A stretch of DNA of 63,302 bases, the filler included. It is 6 parts of 6 records of this genome, joined end to end, with 100 filler letters (N's around TTAATTAATTAA, not from the genome) between each part and the next. Parts side by side here need not be neighbours in the genome. Positions count along the whole stretch, not along the records: positions 53,826 to 63,302 come from DRR723986_16604; 5 more parts are not named here. One strand, given 5' to 3'. A program made the translations under genes and the position numbers. Positions 55,949 to 63,302 of this stretch are shown piece after piece. The notes beneath the pieces are model-generated. The model was not told the DNA's origin, made no database searches, and saw only the letters and a list, made by a program, of their open reading frames with translations. Position 1 is the stretch's first letter, and each line of letters starts with the position of its first letter.

Positions 55949-56104
55949 TAGGAGTTACATCCCCCGTGTTGGGTGGCCCTATTCAGTGGTTTGAGCAGTA
56001 AAACTTGGCCTTTTTGACAAAACCAAAGTCCAGCTCGACTGTAAATTAACAGTATCAGGACGTATCAAACACACACAGATGACTTCATCTCGGGGACAGC
56101 CAGG

Positions 56105-56740
56105 TTGAGAGAAGAGCTCGCTTCTTTAATTGAACGAATTGCAAATCGCGATCGAAAGGCGTTTGAGGAGTTGTATCAACTCACGTCACGAAAGATGTTT
56201 GCGGTCGCGTTGCGCATAGTTCGGGAGCCCGGTCTGGCTCAGGACGTGTTGCAAGACGCCTATATTCGTCTCTGGCGATACGCCCATACATTCAACAACA
56301 AATTGTCTGCGCCTGAAACCTGGTTGCATCAGGTGGTGAGGAACAGGGCGCTTGATTTGATCGCCCAGCAAAGTCATACCGTGAATTCGATTTCCCTGGA
56401 CCAGTTTTCTGACCAAGATGACGAACCCAACGAACTGGTGTTTGAAGCCCATTCGACCAGTACTGACGACAAGGAAACCAGCCGGGTGATGCAAGCGTGC
56501 GTGGAGCGCCTTGAAGGGAAATACCGTCAAGTGCTGACCTTGGCTTATACGCATGGCATGAGCCATGCTGAGATCTCGGAACATCTTGATGTGCCGCTTG
56601 GTACGGTGAAGACTTGGGTTCGCAGAGGTCTGATTGAATTGAAGACTGTATACGATGAATTTCAGTCCGAAGGTTTGGCAACCATGGCCGCGAGCAACTC
56701 GCGACGCCAGGATGCAGAGCAATCCGGATTCATGGCATAA
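56105..56740 (+). CDS. ECF sigma factor, SigK-like
   Basis: DRKAFEELY, AQDVLQDAY..LW, WL..VVRNRALD and AYTHGMSHAEIS..LDVPLGTVKTWVRRGL. Confidence 0.92.
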   Translation: MREELASLIERIANRDRKAFEELYQLTSRKMFAVALRIVREPGLAQDVLQDAYIRLWRYAHTFNNKLSAPETWLHQVVRNRALDLIAQQSHTVNSISLDQFSDQDDEPNELVFEAHSTSTDDKETSRVMQACVERLEGKYRQVLTLAYTHGMSHAEISEHLDVPLGTVKTWVRRGLIELKTVYDEFQSEGLATMAASNSRRQDAEQSGFMA

Positions 56741-56749
56741 GGGGGCCGC

Positions 56750-57166
56750 ATGACTGACGATGACAAAAACTGGTTGGCTGCCGATTATGTGCTGGGTGTG
56801 ATGCGGGGCGCAGAGCGCACCGCATTTGAAGGTCAATTGAGACTGGACCCTGTGCTTGCGAAGTCGGTTCTGAACTGGCAGGAGCGGCTCAGCCTCATCG
56901 ATGCCAAGCCGCAGGTGCTGTATTCCGCCATGTCGGAAGCTGAGGTGGATGCGGCTTTGAGCAATGTTTTCGAGCGGGTGTGTCGTGCCATTGATGCACA
57001 GCCAGATGCAAAAACCCGTTTGGACAATCCGCTGGCCAAATTGACTCGCGAACAATTGGCGGGCATGCGTCCTGCTGTTGTTCGTTTGATCGCTTCGTAC
57101 CTTGTATTGCTTGAACGACTCAAGGCGCAGCAACTGCGCATGGCTGGTTCGGCAGGCGCTGTATAA
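56750..57166 (+). CDS. Short anti-sigma factor (RskA-like N-terminal domain only)
   Basis: LAADYVLG...ERTAFE..L..DP.L...V..WQERL, directly after the sigma gene; no clear TM helix or periplasmic domain. Confidence 0.72.
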   Translation: MTDDDKNWLAADYVLGVMRGAERTAFEGQLRLDPVLAKSVLNWQERLSLIDAKPQVLYSAMSEAEVDAALSNVFERVCRAIDAQPDAKTRLDNPLAKLTREQLAGMRPAVVRLIASYLVLLERLKAQQLRMAGSAGAV

Positions 57167-57180
57167 CCAAGGGACTCGCA

Positions 57181-59109
57181 ATGTCGGTTAAATATTTGTT
57201 CAAGGAAAGACTTGAAGCACTTTGGAACTTCGGTTTGAAACCGGAGAAGTCTTCGGAAACCGCCGCCGATGGCAGCAGTGCATCCGAAGTGTCCAATTCA
57301 AAGACCGTTGAAGGCGTGATTCGCAGCGCCTTGCCCCTGTTAAAGCGCGCGGCTTTGCTGTCAATTTTCGTGAATCTGGTGGCTCTTTTTCCTGCTGTAT
57401 TTTCTTTACAGGTATACGACCGGGTTATTTACCGCTCCGGCCTCAACACACTGACAGCGTTGTTGATCGGCATGGGTATTTTGCTTGCCGCTGATTTGAT
57501 TTTGCGTTCGTTCCGGGCCCGCGTGTTACGTGTTGCCGCGGTAAAAATCGACGGCCAGGTTGCCAGTAAATTGATGAACAAGATTCTTTCGATTCCATTG
57601 CGGCAGCTTGAGGCACGTTCAACTGCTGCCTGGTATTCGCTGTTTAAGGACGTTGACACCGTGCGCGTGGTGTGGAGTGGTGCTGTGGCCATGACCATTC
57701 TGGATCTGCCATTTGCCATTCTGGCCATTGGTTTGATTGCCACAATCGCGTTGCCAGTGTTGCCGGTGGTGCTGATAGGTTTGGTGTGTTTGGCTGCTTT
57801 GTCCTGGTATAGCTCGGGTGAATTCCGAAAGCGCCGTGTGGAAGAGTTCTCGCGTGCTCGCCGACGCGACGAGGTGTTGGCTGAGGTTTGTCGTGGCCGT
57901 GAAGCGATCAAAAGCCTGGTGCAGGATGATTCCGCGAAGAGGGCCTGGGTATCGAGCTACAACTCCTGGGTTCAGGAGTCATTCCAGAAAAACGGTGAGA
58001 TGGAGGATCAGCGCGAGCTGTCGGTTTCCATTATGTTGTGTGTGAACGTGGCAATCACTGCTGTTGGTGCCTATGCGGTAATCAATCAGTGGATGACCGT
58101 GGGTGGCCTGATTGCATCAAATATGTTGGCCGCCAAGGCCATTGGTCCTTTGGCTGCATTGTCCGGCCATTGGCGCTCGATTGCACATTCCCGTGAAGCC
58201 ACAGACCGCTTGAACAAAGTGTTTGCCGCAGATGAGGAGAAGCAACACACTGGTTTGAGCCTGCCTATGCCTTCGGGCGCTTTGCGTCTTGAAAATGTGA
58301 GTTACCAGCACGTGGGTGCCCAGAAAGAGGTTGTGAAGTCCGTTTCCGCTCAGATTGGGCCGCGTGGTATCTATGGCCTGGCAGGCGACAACGGTGCGGG
58401 CAAATCAACCTTGCTGAAATTGCTGCGTGGTCTTTATGAGCCCCAAAGTGGCCGCGTGTTGCTCGATGAATATGATTTGTCGCAGTTTTCCCGCCAAGAG
58501 CTTTCCAAGTGGATTGGGTTTTTGCCCCAAACCTCTCAATTGTTTGAGGGCACGATTGTCGAAAACCTGCGTCGTTCCAATCCGGACGCCAGTGACGAGC
58601 AAATTTTGCTGGCCGCCAAGCGTTCAGGTGCGCATGAATTTATCGCGAAAATGCCGGATGGCTACATGACGCAGGTGGGTGAGGGTGGCAATCGCTTGTC
58701 CGGTGGACAACGCCGTCGGGTCGCCATTACTCAGGCTTTTTTATCAGATGCGCCGGTGTTGTTGCTGGATGAACCCACAAACGACCTGGATTTTGCAGCA
58801 GAAACCCACTTGATGGCTGTGTTCAAAAGCCTGGCCACAGTGAAGACCATCATCATGGTGACGCATTCGGTGCGTTTAATGTCGATTTGCGACAAGATTA
58901 TTTATTTGGACAAGGCTTCGAAATTGCATGTAGGTGCAACGCCCGAGATGTTGAAACTGCTGTACGGCATTTCAGTGCCTAAGCCGGTGCCTGCTGCGCC
59001 CAAGGCTGCGTCACAAGTGACATCGGAGGCCTCCAAGCAAGCACTCGAGGCCAATGGCGCCGAAGGGAAAGCAAATACGGATGCGGGCGGTAAGGCCGCT
59101 CAAGCCTGA
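57181..59109 (+). CDS. Type I secretion ABC transporter (permease + ATPase, no C39 domain)
   Basis: LQVYDRV, LDLPF, TVGGLIA, GDNGAGKST, LSGGQ, LLLDEPT and VTH. Confidence 0.92.
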   Translation: MSVKYLFKERLEALWNFGLKPEKSSETAADGSSASEVSNSKTVEGVIRSALPLLKRAALLSIFVNLVALFPAVFSLQVYDRVIYRSGLNTLTALLIGMGILLAADLILRSFRARVLRVAAVKIDGQVASKLMNKILSIPLRQLEARSTAAWYSLFKDVDTVRVVWSGAVAMTILDLPFAILAIGLIATIALPVLPVVLIGLVCLAALSWYSSGEFRKRRVEEFSRARRRDEVLAEVCRGREAIKSLVQDDSAKRAWVSSYNSWVQESFQKNGEMEDQRELSVSIMLCVNVAITAVGAYAVINQWMTVGGLIASNMLAAKAIGPLAALSGHWRSIAHSREATDRLNKVFAADEEKQHTGLSLPMPSGALRLENVSYQHVGAQKEVVKSVSAQIGPRGIYGLAGDNGAGKSTLLKLLRGLYEPQSGRVLLDEYDLSQFSRQELSKWIGFLPQTSQLFEGTIVENLRRSNPDASDEQILLAAKRSGAHEFIAKMPDGYMTQVGEGGNRLSGGQRRRVAITQAFLSDAPVLLLDEPTNDLDFAAETHLMAVFKSLATVKTIIMVTHSVRLMSICDKIIYLDKASKLHVGATPEMLKLLYGISVPKPVPAAPKAASQVTSEASKQALEANGAEGKANTDAGGKAAQA

Positions 59110-60467
59110 TGAGCGAAGGTCGAGAAATCATGAAGTCCAACAATGCATTGGCCGAAGTCGGCAAGAATGATCTGAAGCCCTATGAGGTCCCCGCCCTTTA
59201 CAAACCCAGTGGTGGCGGATTCGACACCAAAAGCAGGTTTGCCCTGGGTTTGATTGCGCTGTCTTTGTTCGCATCCTTGTTCATCCGCGTTGACCAAGTG
59301 GTCACTGCGCCGGGCAAGGTAATTCCCTCGACTCGTGTTAAAAGCATTCAGCACTTGGAAGGCGGTATTGTTCAGGACCTGGCTGTGAAGGAAGGTGATT
59401 TGGTCAAGGAAGGGGCCATGCTGGTCCAGCTGAACCTGGCCACTTCCGGCATCAACATCGAGGAATTGAAAAGCCGCCGTGCTGCTCTGGAGATGAGCCG
59501 TGCCCGTTTGTTGGGCGAGGCCTCCGGCAAAGCACCCGAATACCCGGCAGAGATTGTTGCGGATTACCCGGATTTGTACCGCACCGAGCAGGCGACCTAC
59601 ATTGCGCGTGTAACCGAGTTGGAAGGTATTTTGGGTGTAAACGACAGCCAAATGCTGGGGAACCAGGGCAAGGTGGGAGAGTTGCAGGCCAAGCTTGAAG
59701 GTTTGGAGAACCGCGCGGTGACCACCTCGCGTGAATTGGAAATTACCCGTGAGCTTGTTCGGGAACGACTTGTTTCTCAGTTGGAGTATTTGACCAAAAA
59801 ACGCGATTACGACAGTTTGACTGCTGAAATTGCCTCAATGCGGCAAACCATTGCATCGGCCCAGGCCAGTGTTGGGCAAAGCCGCGCTCGCCGAGTGGAA
59901 GAAGAGGGCAAGTTCCGTCGCAGGGCTGCGGATGAGTTAACGACGCTGGAGCGACAACTGGCCAGTTTGAAGGATGAAATCGATCGAGCCAGTGATCAGC
60001 GCGACAGGGCTGTGATTCGTTCCCCGATTGATGGCGTGGTGAAAAACCTGAAGTTACAGGCTGTGGGCAACGTGGTTCGTCAGGGCGAGCCGATCATGGA
60101 AGTTGTTCCAGTCGATGAGGTGTTGGTGGTGGAAACACGACTGTCACCCGCAGACCGTGGTTACGTGACTATGGATCAACCTTCCGAAGTGAAGGTGTCG
60201 GCGTATGACTTTTTGCGCTATGGTACATTGCCCGGCAAGGTGACTCAAATTGCAGCGGATACCGACCCTGGAACCGAAGAAACCGGCCCTTATTATCGAT
60301 TGATTGTGAGTACGGACAAGGCATTTTTTGGTACGCCTGATGCGCCCTTGCGCATTTCACCGGGCATGACCGCTGAAGTTGATATTAACGTGGGTTCGCA
60401 ACCCTTTATTTATTACTTGTTGAAACCTGTATTGAAGCTGAAGCAAGAAGCCTTCAGGGAACCATAA
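59109..60467 (+). CDS. HlyD-family type I secretion membrane-fusion protein
   Basis: IQHLEGGIV..L.VKEGD.V, IRSPIDGVV, YG.LPG.V..IAAD and PGMTAEVDI..G...YLLKP. Confidence 0.94.
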   Translation: MSEGREIMKSNNALAEVGKNDLKPYEVPALYKPSGGGFDTKSRFALGLIALSLFASLFIRVDQVVTAPGKVIPSTRVKSIQHLEGGIVQDLAVKEGDLVKEGAMLVQLNLATSGINIEELKSRRAALEMSRARLLGEASGKAPEYPAEIVADYPDLYRTEQATYIARVTELEGILGVNDSQMLGNQGKVGELQAKLEGLENRAVTTSRELEITRELVRERLVSQLEYLTKKRDYDSLTAEIASMRQTIASAQASVGQSRARRVEEEGKFRRRAADELTTLERQLASLKDEIDRASDQRDRAVIRSPIDGVVKNLKLQAVGNVVRQGEPIMEVVPVDEVLVVETRLSPADRGYVTMDQPSEVKVSAYDFLRYGTLPGKVTQIAADTDPGTEETGPYYRLIVSTDKAFFGTPDAPLRISPGMTAEVDINVGSQPFIYYLLKPVLKLKQEAFREP

Positions 60468-60475
60468 AGCAACAC

Positions 60476-62167
60476 ATGACAAAACAATTGGACATGACCC
60501 AGGGGGGCGAATGGGCTCGCAAAGCACTGTGCGTGTTGATTGCGGGCCTTCTTGCATTTCCGGTGGGCGCACAGGATGTACCTGAAAACTCCGAACCTTC
60601 TGCCAATGTCGGAAACGACAACAACGAGTTTCGCGCTCGCCGTATAGCGCCAGCCGAAGCTGCAAAAATGAGCAAGGAAGAGCTTACGAAAATCCGCTTC
60701 CTGAACATGTTACGCACCAACCCTGAGATTGTGACCTCACGCATCAACGTGAATGCTTCGCAGTTCATTGAAGATGGTGCGCGAGCTGCCTATTTCCCGC
60801 GCATTACCGTGGGTGCCAATGCCAGTTCCAGTTCAACGGTGACCAATCGCCAATCGACCGACATTACGGTGACCCAACCCCTGTACACCGCAGGTCGAAT
60901 TACTGCGAGAGTGAAGGCGGCTGAAACCGATGGCACTATTGCTGACGGACAGTTTGTAAAAACTATTCAGGATGTGGTGCTTGAGAGCTTCCTGGCCAGC
61001 AGCACCTTGTCCCGCAATGCCTTGCTGGTTGAAGCCTCCCGAGCTGCAGAGGCAGCCGTCGCCCAATTGCTGGCCCTTGAGGAGCGTCGGGTTGAGTTGG
61101 GCGGAAGCGGCGTCACCGATGCACAATTTGCGAAAGCCCGTTTGGCGGTCACCCGTGACCGGCTGGTGAACTTTGAGGGACAGTTTGAAGAGGCCCGTGC
61201 CACTTATTTCCGTTACTTCGGTGTTTATCCCGAGGGTTACAACGTTCCGGAACTGGAGATTCAGCGCAACATGTTGCCCCAGCTGGTGGATGAGGCAGTC
61301 ACGAAAGCGCTGTTTTCCAATCCGGAAATTCGTGTGGCTGAAAGCCAGATTGTAAAGGCACGACATAACTACACCGCCGAAGATGCGAGCTTGTACCCGT
61401 CTTTAAACCTGGTGGGTATTCAACAATTTTTTGGTGAACCCGACCCCTTTACCGGTGACAGAACCGACAGCTCGGTGAACCTGCGTTTGCAGTACAGTGC
61501 GTTCTCAGGTGGCGAACAGGTTGCTCGGGTGAATCAGGCGGCAGCCACGATTGATACACGACGTGCGCAACTGGCCGCCGCCCGATTGCGGGTAGAGGAG
61601 AGTGTTCGTTTTCAGTGGGGCAAATGGTCAGCCGGGCAGTCGCGATCGGTGACCTTGCGCGGCGCTTATGCCGATTCTTTGCAGGTATTCAAAAACCGCA
61701 AAAGACTTCGTGATTTCGGCCGTGAGACCGTTATTGTGATGCTGGATGCGCAGGTTGAGTATTTCAACGTGTTGATTGCCTATATCAATGCGGTATTCGA
61801 TGCGCGGGATGCCAGCTTCCGTTTGATGCACGCCATGGGCTTGATGATGCCAACCCCAGGTGCAGAGGGCGATTGGTTTGCACTCTTTTTCTCGAAAATG
61901 CCAGAGCGTGAGCGCCTGGAGAGTAGTCTGAAGGACACGGCCGACATTGCCAGCAGCCCGGCAGATCAGAAAATTGCAGAGAAGCTCGGTCTGGACGTGA
62001 GTCAGACTGAGGTGGAAAAAGCAGCCGGGTTTGTATTGACCCCGGCACAGCGCCTTGAAGTCGAAAAAAGCTCGGAGCGCAGCCGGGTTCAGGGTAGTGC
62101 TGCTGAGAAAGAATTGCGTCCAAACTTGAAGCCAGCCCCGGTTCTGGATCCTCGGTTTTATCGGTAA
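60476..62167 (+). CDS. TolC-family outer-membrane channel
   Basis: Signal peptide; NPEI repeated twice; YFPRI/LYPSL; D...AKARL; G..TVIVMLDAQ. Confidence 0.88.
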   Translation: MTKQLDMTQGGEWARKALCVLIAGLLAFPVGAQDVPENSEPSANVGNDNNEFRARRIAPAEAAKMSKEELTKIRFLNMLRTNPEIVTSRINVNASQFIEDGARAAYFPRITVGANASSSSTVTNRQSTDITVTQPLYTAGRITARVKAAETDGTIADGQFVKTIQDVVLESFLASSTLSRNALLVEASRAAEAAVAQLLALEERRVELGGSGVTDAQFAKARLAVTRDRLVNFEGQFEEARATYFRYFGVYPEGYNVPELEIQRNMLPQLVDEAVTKALFSNPEIRVAESQIVKARHNYTAEDASLYPSLNLVGIQQFFGEPDPFTGDRTDSSVNLRLQYSAFSGGEQVARVNQAAATIDTRRAQLAAARLRVEESVRFQWGKWSAGQSRSVTLRGAYADSLQVFKNRKRLRDFGRETVIVMLDAQVEYFNVLIAYINAVFDARDASFRLMHAMGLMMPTPGAEGDWFALFFSKMPERERLESSLKDTADIASSPADQKIAEKLGLDVSQTEVEKAAGFVLTPAQRLEVEKSSERSRVQGSAAEKELRPNLKPAPVLDPRFYR

Positions 62168-62300
62168 AGTCTTGATTTTTGTCAGTAAAGTGCTCACACT
62201 GTTCAAACAGGGGCACTTTACGGCCTTATTTCATCCATTCGCTGGGCAGGAACCCTGAGAAACTGGCATGAACGGGGCGATTCCCAAAGGAATGACAAAA

Positions 62301-63302
62301 ATGGGCGACGATATTCAAAACATCAAAAATACAGCCGAGGATTTGGCTGTTGAGCGTGCCGAGCAGCAGCTCGCCGATCCTTCAGCTTTGAATATGCAGT
62401 TTCTGCAATCCACCTTGAATACATCCGAATTTGAAGGCCTGAGCGCTCATTCCGGTTTCCCGGGTGCTGCGGCCAAAAGTCAGTTACATCAGTCAAACCA
62501 ATCAAGTGGTAGTTTCTCCGGACTTTCGCCTGCCTACTCAGGTGCGGGCCTCCTGGGCGCTGTGGGTGCGGCCGATTTAAGCGGCGCTTCCAGTGCCATG
62601 GGCATGGCGGCTCAAGTGGCCAGTGCTGCCCCGGTCACCTTTGGAAAAACCGCTGTGGGCGAGTCTGCAAGTTTGGCGGCTTTGGGGAATAGGGCTTTGT
62701 CGCAGCCCGCTGACCTGTCAAAAATTTCTGATTTTCCTTTGTTGAAACCCGTGGCCAACGCCGACGGGTCGATGGTACCCATGTCTGCTGAATTCGCGCA
62801 GTTGATGGCCATGCTGGAAGGCAGTGGTGGAATCAATCCAGACGATGCGCTGAACAGCCTCATCAGCGGTTTGGGTCAGAACCCCAGCCCCGAGAGCCTC
62901 CAAACTGCAATCGATGCAGTGCTTGATCAGATCAACCTGCTGAACACCACCTTCGAGCCTGTTTTTGATAACTTGAGTGGCGATGTTCAGAACCAGTTTG
63001 CGACGCAAAACAGTTTGCCTACTGGCGATTTGGGACTCAGTATTTTTGAAGACGCTGGTGAGGTTTCCACCGTATTGACCGACCTGTTGGGTACGATCAA
63101 TGTAGGTGCCAATCCTCAGTTGGACAGTTTGCTGAATCTTGATTCAACGTTTGATGACATTGCTTCTCTGGTGGGCTCCTTGCCTGATCTGGATTTGTCG
63201 CCAGTGACTGACCCTATTACCGACATTGTGGGCGGCATCACTGACGGCATTGGCGGTATTACCGATCCTGTTACTGACATCGTTGATGATGTGGTTGGAG
63301 GC
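62301..63302 (+). CDS. Acidic Ser/Gly/Asp-rich repeat protein, putative T1SS cargo; runs off the window end (absent from the ORF track)
   Basis: Manually translated open frame (alternative ATGs at 62268/62292; AAAGGA RBS before 62301): MGDDIQNIKNTAEDLAVERAEQQ...SPVTDPITDIVGGITDGIGGITDPVTDIVDDVVGG. No stop before the end. Confidence 0.8.
   Translation, partial: MGDDIQNIKNTAEDLAVERAEQQLADPSALNMQFLQSTLNTSEFEGLSAHSGFPGAAAKSQLHQSNQSSGSFSGLSPAYSGAGLLGAVGAADLSGASSAMGMAAQVASAAPVTFGKTAVGESASLAALGNRALSQPADLSKISDFPLLKPVANADGSMVPMSAEFAQLMAMLEGSGGINPDDALNSLISGLGQNPSPESLQTAIDAVLDQINLLNTTFEPVFDNLSGDVQNQFATQNSLPTGDLGLSIFEDAGEVSTVLTDLLGTINVGANPQLDSLLNLDSTFDDIASLVGSLPDLDLSPVTDPITDIVGGITDGIGGITDPVTDIVDDVVGG

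Noticed and set aside
62232-62260. CATCC -35-like element before the cargo ORF (also at ~55958), as in SigK-type promoters
   Set aside because: No matching CGAA/CGTA -10 element at consistent spacing; too weak to call.

Overview
The window is not one locus. It is six unrelated bacterial contigs joined by 100-nt N spacers that carry a TTAATTAATTAA linker (contigs: 1-9848, 9949-20437, 20538-34777, 34878-44609, 44710-53725, 53826-63302). (1) The four-gene 'ligase-associated DNA damage response' operon (MBL exonuclease, ATP-dependent ligase, Lhr-like helicase, PdeM), plus a SnoaL/DGPF/ECF42 sigma module. The ligase has lost several catalytic motif residues. (2) A Rhodobacteraceae-like phenylacetate catabolism cluster (paaJ-ABCDE plus an extra ferritin-like paralogue) and a beta-oxidation pair. 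(3) A gammaproteobacterial ectABCD-ask operon with an SSS transporter, an iodotyrosine-deiodinase-like flavoprotein, a methyltransferase, an MFS transporter, a DcaP porin and a partial katG. (4) An alphaproteobacterial putA/putR, YnjBCD-like ABC transporter, bfd-bfr (the Bfr lacks the heme Met52), a FixR-like SDR and an MCP. (5) A Rhodobacteraceae-like core region: phosphatase, GST-YHS fusion, comM, esterase, gshB, yraN, rsmI, LppC-type lipoprotein, glnD. (6) A betaproteobacteria-like contig: tRNA-Cys/Gly, queC, and a pseudo-receiver LuxR regulator divergent from an ECF sigma / short soluble anti-sigma / type I secretion operon. That operon is followed by an acidic, repeat-containing ORF missing from the ORF track. 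The best novelty candidates are the apparent pseudo-ligase in an otherwise intact repair operon and the ECF-linked T1SS module with its unusual putative cargo. No CRISPR array, transposase or integrase was seen. Taxonomic labels are inferred from gene content and style only; no searches were run.
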